Below, piece by piece: positions 56,735-64,000 of a DNA stretch of 64,000 nucleotides (within the stretch, counting starts at the first letter, position 1; every line of letters begins with the position of its first letter). The notes beneath the pieces are model-generated. The model made no database searches and was not told the DNA's origin. It saw only the letters and a program-made list of their open reading frames with translations. The position numbers and the translations under genes were made by a program. Source of the stretch: Octopus sinensis (lineage: Eukaryota); NCBI RefSeq assembly GCF_006345805.1, contig NC_043008.1:24862001-24926000 (forward strand), given 5' to 3'.

Positions 56735-57749
56735 TGGTTTTGTTCCAGATTAGCGAGAATTCTTCTTCCTTCTGTGTCTTTCTCCGCAGTTAGTCCCTAA
56801 GTAAATATCAGGTACTTGAACATATATGGTCTTAATTCATCAAGATTTAACTTTTCCCATTCCCTGCTAACTCTACCAGCATATATGTGGTGTAGTCCTC
56901 ATCGTTGTTCTTTTCTAGTTTCAAACATTTCCAGCGTATATTAAACAACGAGCTTTTCTCGCTAAACTTATGTCAGAAGATCTTTTCAGGAGTACGTAAT
57001 TGCTGCAATGTTCATGTTCTCCTGCTGCCAGTTTTCTTAGGATTAAACGTCTTTTCATATAATAGTTCCAATTTTTGTACTCTTTATTGACGATCTGTTC
57101 ATATCTTCTGCGGTACGATACAAAGGTAACTCCTTCGTCTGGTTCATGCTTAAATTCCATTATTGAGTTTGCAACACAATCCGGCGAGAACGTCTTACCA
57201 GCATTTTCTGATGACTTACTATTCATTAATTTCAGCAGTTGCTGTTATAATAGTAATTGATGTTGCTGTTGTTGTTCTTGCAGTTGTGGTTGCTGTAATA
57301 GTAATTGCTGTTGTTGTTGCTGTAGTAATTGTCGATGTTGTTACCGCTCCTGCAGCAGACGCTGCTGTTCTTGTTCATGAATTTGCCGTTGTTGCTGTCA
57401 CTGCAGCTACTGCTACTGCTGTTGTTTCCGCAGTCTCTTGTTGCTGTTTCTGAAACTCGAGCAAACCGGCCAACAAATCTTCCATAATTGTACAACATAA
57501 AATTCTTGCAAAAAAACTTTTATGAGTTTCGTACTCCTTGAGAGGATTTTAATACTCGTGAGTTTGTTAATTCCCCGTCGCCACTATTGTGATCCAAAAT
57601 CACACTGTTTTAACGTCCACTCCGGTACAACGGTATAGTTAGTTAGACAAGTAAGTTAAGACTGTCTATGACCGACTTCCCTGGACTTCTCGACGTCACA
57701 GTATTTGTAACGAATATTACATACCACTCGTCACGTGGGAGGGGCATTC

Positions 57750-57830
<81 letters not shown>
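56735..57830 (-). mobile_element. Gypsy 5' fragment (LTR, PBS, gag), same family as 27685-30828
   Basis: EFKHEPDEGVTFVSYRRRYEQI; PBS tggcgacgggg..aacaaactcacgag; LTR motif cccctcccac.tgacgagtggtatgta shared with ~30801. Confidence 0.85.
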
Positions 57831-57831
<1 letters not shown>

Positions 57832-58298
57832 TCCCTAACATACATGTATATATGTATATGTATTTATATATGTATATTTACATATATATGCATGTATACA
57901 TATATACATATATATACATGCATATATATATATATACTTAGTATATGTTTAATATATATATATGTATGTGTGTGTATGTATATATATATATTCATATATA
58001 TGTGTGTGTGTGTGTGTGTGTGAATGTATGTATATTAATATACACATAAGGCGAAGTGTAATAAGTTTGACGGAACATATATAAAGATATCATTGCGTAT
58101 GTATATTAAGAAATCTTTAAATTGGTATGCAATTATGAACCTCTTTTATGCACTTGAAGCTTATACTTGGGTAAAATATTTTATATTAGGAATCTATTTC
58201 TTTCAAACTTTGGAATTAACAAGAAATATTCTGAAAGGGTCCATTGCCGTCAGTAATTCAAAATATTCAATTTCAGGAATATATATATACATATACAA

Positions 58299-58352
<54 letters not shown>

Positions 58353-58354
58353 TG

Positions 58355-58547
58355 ATAGATCGTTAGCTTCTAAACGCATTTTTTTCTCTCCTTGTTTCTC
58401 TCCTTGTTTTTTTCTGTGTATCTTTCTGTGGAAGAGCGTAGGCTCGAAACGTAAAAGACTTTTTCTATTCCTGAGCGCTATACTAATACATTTGTTTGTT
58501 TGTACACCACCTGCCTTCGTCTTTTGTTTATTTTCGTAAACTTTGCC
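58355..58547 (+). repeat. Short repeat with variant hammerhead-like motif
   Basis: tcttt-CTGTGGA-a-gagc-gtag-gctc-GAA-ACGT-A-aaaga at 58421-58458; A6 not conserved. Confidence 0.5.
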
Positions 58548-58607
58548 TATATATATACATATATATATACATATATATACATATATACATACACACACAC
58601 ACACACA

Positions 58608-58662
<55 letters not shown>

Positions 58663-58722
58663 AAACATTATTGGTGAATTGAAGAAATGGAGCTGAACGC
58701 AGATTGAACAGAAATCGTTTTA

Positions 58723-58812
58723 TTTCATTCTACACGTGTTTCGAAAGGCACAAATTACCAAAATCCGATTGAATAATGGGACCATATTGTGTCTTTCTCT
58801 TCAGGAAGAAAA
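58723..58812 (-). ncRNA. Type I hammerhead ribozyme motif, best preserved in the window
   Basis: Minus: tttcttc-CTGAAGA-gaaagacacaa..ttgtgcctttc-GAA-ACACGTGT-A-gaatgaaa. Confidence 0.78.
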
Positions 58813-59584
58813 AAGGAAATCCGTTGGAAAAACAAAAACAGAACAGAGGCAGAGCAAAAAACAAATCGAACTGTGCTCCTAAGAGCCCATGGCGAAACTG
58901 TTTATCAGTGTATGTTGAGAACCGGTGGCTGAAGAATTCAACAGGTCAGGCATCGGTCAATCATGTGGGTGAGGGTGTATAGATGTTCTTTGTGACCGAG
59001 AATAAAGTTCTGACTATTTAAAGAATATTGGATGTTTTATAAGGGGCGAGAAAAAATCTACTTAGAGACGTGTGTGTGTGTATACTGTTCTATATATGTG
59101 TGTGTTGGCGTAGGGGTAGAAAACATTTTTTGTGTACGTGTGTGCGTTTGATCGTTCGGCTGTCAGTGGCTACTGCCGTGATAACCGTTGGGTGGCAGAA
59201 AGAAAAAAAATAAAGAAATTATATATATATATTATGTTTTATGTGTGTGTGTGTGTGTTCATCTAAGCCTGCCTTGACAAGGAAACCCCCCGCTGTGAAA
59301 AAACATATATATATATATAAAAAGGTTCATAATTGCATACCATATATATATATATATGTCTGTAAACGTAATAAAATAGGGTAATAATAAATTATTATTA
59401 CCAGTCGCCTAGCACAAAAAACGAATTAGTCATTAGACTATATATTATTCATATAGAAATGCAATAAGAGGCTTCCAAATAGGAAAGCGTTGTGCTAGAA
59501 AGGGCAGTAGAAATCTCAAGACCACAAAAAAGGATAAATTCACGAAAGGAATGAAAATTAAAAACGTTTACCATCTCAACTATT

Positions 59585-59656
59585 TCCCAGACCGACAGCT
59601 TCTAACTATTTCCAGCAAAAAAAGTATTTGCTGAAGGCCAGTTTTCTTCAGTGGGA
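59585..59656 (-). ncRNA. Hammerhead-like motif, partly decayed
   Basis: Minus: tccca-CTGAAGA-aaactg..cagcaaa..tttgctg..tagtta-GAA-gctgtcggt-C-tggga; GUC site, A15.1 replaced by G. Confidence 0.6.
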
Positions 59657-59796
59657 CAGCCTTTAGATTTCAGATATACAGACCGCCAGATCCACATGTA
59701 GAACTAACGGTTTGTAAATCCTAACTTTTCAAACCACTGCGCAGACGCAGATTATACCCGGCGACAGTAGTGTATGTATGTATGTATGTATGTATG

Positions 59797-60290
59797 TATC
59801 ACCATCGGTAAAGGTATCAAGCAAAGAGATACCACATCTCCAAAGCTCTATCTAGAAAGGGCCATCAACGACATCCATAACGAGCAACTAACACACATCC
59901 GATTCGCAGATGACTTTGTACTCGTCGCTGAAACTAGAGAGATCAGCTGCTGGTCATGCTGATGGAACTGGACACTGAGAACTTAGCAGTAGGTTTTAAA
60001 ATGAACCACACAAAGACAAAACATATGTAGACCGGAAGACGTAAAACAAAACCAAATAGAGAGTGGAAATGATGTCAAAGAGGAAGTAATGGAGTACGTC
60101 TGCTTAGGACCCACCGTGAATATGCACCAAGATATGGACGCTGAAATCGCAATTGAATAAGGCCAGGATGGGAGGAATTTAACGCAATAAAGGATGTGCT
60201 CTAAACAAAGATAGACAATAGCACCGTCCAACGGGCACTCTTATACGCAAGTGAGGTGTGGGCTACAATGATGATGATATAATAACAATT
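59797..60290 (+). mobile_element. Degenerate LINE RT fragment (RTE-like)
   Basis: KGIKQRDTTSPKLY..LTHIRFADDFVL. Confidence 0.75.
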
Positions 60291-60439
60291 GGATACGACG
60301 CGACTTAGTCAAGCAATTTAGGTCAAGATGGAAAAGAATGGCACATCAAGCCAAAATTGGAATCGCATTGTGACCAACGCTGAATAATAGTATTTGATGG
60401 TCTGTGACTGTGATATATATATATATATATATATCATCA

Positions 60440-61194
60440 CATCCAGTTTCAGCTCACGAGCTGTGGCCATGCCGGGGCACCGCCATTTGTTGTTGCTACA
60501 TGATTTTACTTCGCGAATGTTTTTTAGAAATTGACATTTGGTGCATGAGAGAATTTGATGCAGCTGCCCTCATCTACACCTCCTGCCGCGAAATTGCTTC
60601 ATCTGGGACACCTGACAGGAAGAGGTCCAGCTTTATATTCAAGATACCTACATCCACCCCATGCAGGTCTCTCAGGTCTTTCGGGAGACTATTGAAGAGC
60701 TGTGGATCTCTGAAGCCCAAGCTATCACAGTATCTTGTCCTACATCTTGATGACAAATTTGGAGTTCTTGCCATTATGCAGTGGCGCCCTGTTCTAGTAT
60801 TTGTGTAACTCTCGATGCCAAAGTTTGGGACAATTCCTTCCAGGATCTTTCAGATGTATATTATGGCATATCTTTCTCGCCTACGCTCTAAGGAATAGAG
60901 TCTTAATCTCTTGAGTCTTTCCCAATAGCTTATATGCTGCATAGAGGCTATCTTCTTCGTGAAGCTTCGTTGGATTGCCTCAAGTTCTGAGATTAATTTG
61001 ACACTGGTTTGTGACCATAGGTGAGAGCAATAGCCAAAGTGGCTTAGGACAAGTGTCCTCCAGAGGTCCATCGTGGTTTCCTGGTCTCTTGTTCTAAAAG
61101 TTCTAAGAATCCATCCGCTCAGCCGCCTACATTTCATTGCCAATTTAGTAACATGCACATGAAAGGTTGCATCATTACTCATGTAAATACCCAC
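60440..61194 (-). mobile_element. CR1-group LINE 3' fragment
   Basis: GWILRTF..LEAIQRSFTK..SYWERLKRLRLYSLERRRER; PQLFNSLPKDLR. Confidence 0.85.
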
Positions 61195-61302
61195 CCCACA
61201 TATATATATATATATGCATGTTGCTAAATTGGCAATATATATATATATATTTCGTTTTGGGATTTGGTTTGCAAGATTCTTTATATGTGTTGAAGCATAT
61301 TC

Positions 61303-61575
61303 TGTTGTGTCTCTGGAGAGTCATTTTCTTTTTGTGCCTTATAATGTAACAGACTCGCCGGTAAAATTTCCACTTATTTCTTATTTTTATTATGTTTGTG
61401 TGCACCATCAAACAAAGGGGAACGCAGTGTAAATAACGGAGAGAGATTATTGAAAAGGTTGCAAGACGCAACGAAAATTTTAGGAAAATAAATATAAGAA
61501 ATAAGTGGAAATTTTACCGGTGAGTGTGTTAAATCATAAGGCACAAAAAGAAAATGACTCTCCTCAGACACCACA

Positions 61576-61577
<2 letters not shown>
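61303..61577. repeat. Inverted repeat, ~85-bp arms, ~100-bp spacer
   Basis: gagagtcattttctttttgtgcctta..ccggtaaaatttccacttatttctta and its reverse complement. Confidence 0.9.
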
Positions 61578-61637
<60 letters not shown>

Positions 61638-61639
<2 letters not shown>

Positions 61640-61765
61640 AATGTAATGTGTGACAATTATTAAATGGCCGGATAACTGAAGAGATGGCAGCGTGGTTGTC
61701 CAGTTCGGCATCCGAAACTCGAAGTTTTATCATGGCTTCCGAATAATTGTCACATATTACATTTA
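61638..61765 (+). ncRNA. Type I hammerhead motif enclosed in a long hairpin
   Basis: gataa-CTGAAGA(61676)-gatg..catcc-GAA(61714)-ACTcgaAGT-T-ttatc; flanks taaatgtaatgtgtgacaattatt / aataattgtcacatattacattta. Confidence 0.68.
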
Positions 61766-61855
61766 CAGATAAATTCTGCTATTTACATAATATCGGGGTC
61801 TCTTTCGTTCTTTTCTTGTCTTACCATTTTATCAATATATATATATATATATATG

Positions 61856-62137
61856 TAGAATGGTTGTATACTGTCAATCTAACACGAACGTGACAGTAGG
61901 GGGTACACCACCGCTGTTTAGCCCTAGGAAGCATCGACGCCTCCTGATGGCTTTGACACATTTTTTCTGTGTCCTTATATACATTTACGAAGGAGAGACA
62001 TTTCGTAAATGTATATAAGGACACAGGAAAAATGTGTCAAAGCCATCAGGAGGCGTCGATGCTTCCTAGGGCTAAACAGGGGTGGTGTACCCCCTACTGT
62101 CACGTTGGTGTCAGATTGACAGTATACAACCATTCTA
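61856..62137. repeat. Near-perfect palindrome, 136-bp arms, 10-nt spacer
   Basis: Arms 61856-61991 and 62002-62137, about 4 mismatches; explains the mirror ORFs 61821- and 61969+. Confidence 0.95.
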
Positions 62138-62187
62138 TCGCCCCACCACCGTACATGTCTCTACGAGAGATTTAGAAATTTAGTATT

Positions 62188-62227
<40 letters not shown>

Positions 62228-62255
62228 TATATATATGTATGTGTGTGTGAGTGTA

Positions 62256-62288
<33 letters not shown>

Positions 62289-64000
62289 GTGTGTGAGAGT
62301 ATATATATATATATATATGCATACATACATACAAACATATATACACATATATCTCTGTTGTATATATGCATGTGTGTGATTATATACGTGCGTAAATGTG
62401 CATATGTATAGATACATTAGTAGATAGTGAGGTTGATATAGATACAGATAAACTGATAGACATAAATAAAATGGCTATGTCAGCACGTGTATTTGTGTTT
62501 TATATGTATGCGTCTTTGATGAAATGGTCGGTAACTTAAAATTAATTATTTGTCTTTAAAATATTCCCGAGCAATTCAGCTGAAAAAAGGTTGGTATCAT
62601 ATATTCATATTTATAATTCATAACATTCGGGGATCTAGTCTTAAACATATTCACAAGACAAACTGCTTGGAATCATTCTGTCTCTGTAATATTTTCTTTG
62701 AAATAATATCTTTTGCCATTCGTTCAAAAATCATTAGTACTTCAGCACATCTCGTTTAGAATGCAACGGTTTCTCTTGTTGCACAATGAAGATTTTCCTT
62801 GACATTTTATTATCAGTAATATGATGCAGCTGTGAACAGCGTCTCAATTAAAGGTAAAATATTGTTCCATCCCCAAGTTTCTATCCTCAGTTAACAACAC
62901 AGAAATTATGCATATTTATTCATATGAAATAAATGAAATTAGAAATATATCAGCTTCAGATATTATAAATATAACTCGTGATATCTTATTTAGGCGTAAA
63001 GTGATGCACATTCTATTTCTTCAAAAATGTGCTGATTTTTTTTTCTTTTTGCTTTCGCCTATTAGAGCTTGAATTTTTTTAAGGAAATAGTCTCAGGGTG
63101 GCACTCTCAAATTTGCAAGTAATGTTTGATTAGCCACTATAATATTGTACTGAAGAATACAATGGTTCGTGTCATTTCATCGAAGAATATTTAGTGTGCG
63201 TAGACGGAATACCTCGCTTTTAACGGCTGAGTCTACTTGGAAACAAAGTTTCTTCCACTTCACATGTTGAAAAGTGGTATGGATAATATTTGTTGGATCA
63301 TATTGCTGAGAGCAATCTATGCTTAATTTATGACAAAATGGATCGCCAACAGCTATTTTTCTTTAGAGCAAACAAAAAGAATAGTGATGTTTCAATAAAT
63401 AATAAGGGCAATTTTATTGATACTTCAAATTAATCCTGCCCCGTAGTAACTTGAAGTAATTCAGGTTTGGTGATGTGTGCGCAACAAATTTTTCCGTCAA
63501 GAAGATCAGAAACATAACATTAAATATATGATCATTTAGAGATAACAGGATAGCTGTTTCTTATCACACCAATGCACATATATTAGGTACTTTTAGGAAG
63601 GAACAGTTTTAGCTCAGCTAACTATCAGTATCTTGATACAAGTCAGGTCAATATCGTAAACTTCCTAGATATAAAACTCAAATTAGATGCAGACAAATAT
63701 ATATTGTATTGTAAACCAAACGAGAACTCACAAAGATATATTTACAAAATATCTTATCATAATCTTTAAAACCTATCATAATCTTTAAAATGCGTAAAAG
63801 AACCAGCAAGCGCTCTTGAAACAAAGAATTATTTGATTAGGTAGACCTCTATAACAAAAATAATTCCAATAATAAAAGATTTCACATTTTCATTTCGTCG
63901 CCACACCACATTATGTTTAGATGGTATGTACCAAGAAATTTCTCAATCACCATGCCTTCAAAGCCACATTCGCAGCATGCTTTTCATTTCATTTGAAAGC

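Noticed and set aside
61940-62050. CTGATGG...GAAA in the 136-bp palindrome as a hammerhead; mirror ORFs as genes
   Set aside because: A9 absent and no stem I or II pairing; the ORFs simply reflect the palindrome

Overview
AT-rich, repeat-dense eukaryotic DNA with no confidently identifiable host gene. The SINE families and the (TA)n/(TAA)n load suggest an octopus or other coleoid cephalopod (inference). The window holds decayed mobile elements: a near-full-length RTE LINE, two R4/Dong-type LINE 3' fragments in (TAA)n, RTE and CR1-like fragments, Penelope-like RT and GIY-YIG remnants, Gypsy remnants, mariner remnants and a MITE, Helitron derivatives, and many tRNA-derived SINEs. The most striking signal is about a dozen type I hammerhead-ribozyme-like motifs (CUGANGA...GAAA, usually with a palindromic stem III) in several apparently unrelated short repeats. 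One of these repeats has a tRNA-like head. Several sit in fold-back palindromes, which are also frequent here. Most ORFs in the supplied track are microsatellite artefacts. All structures were folded by eye and coordinates are approximate.
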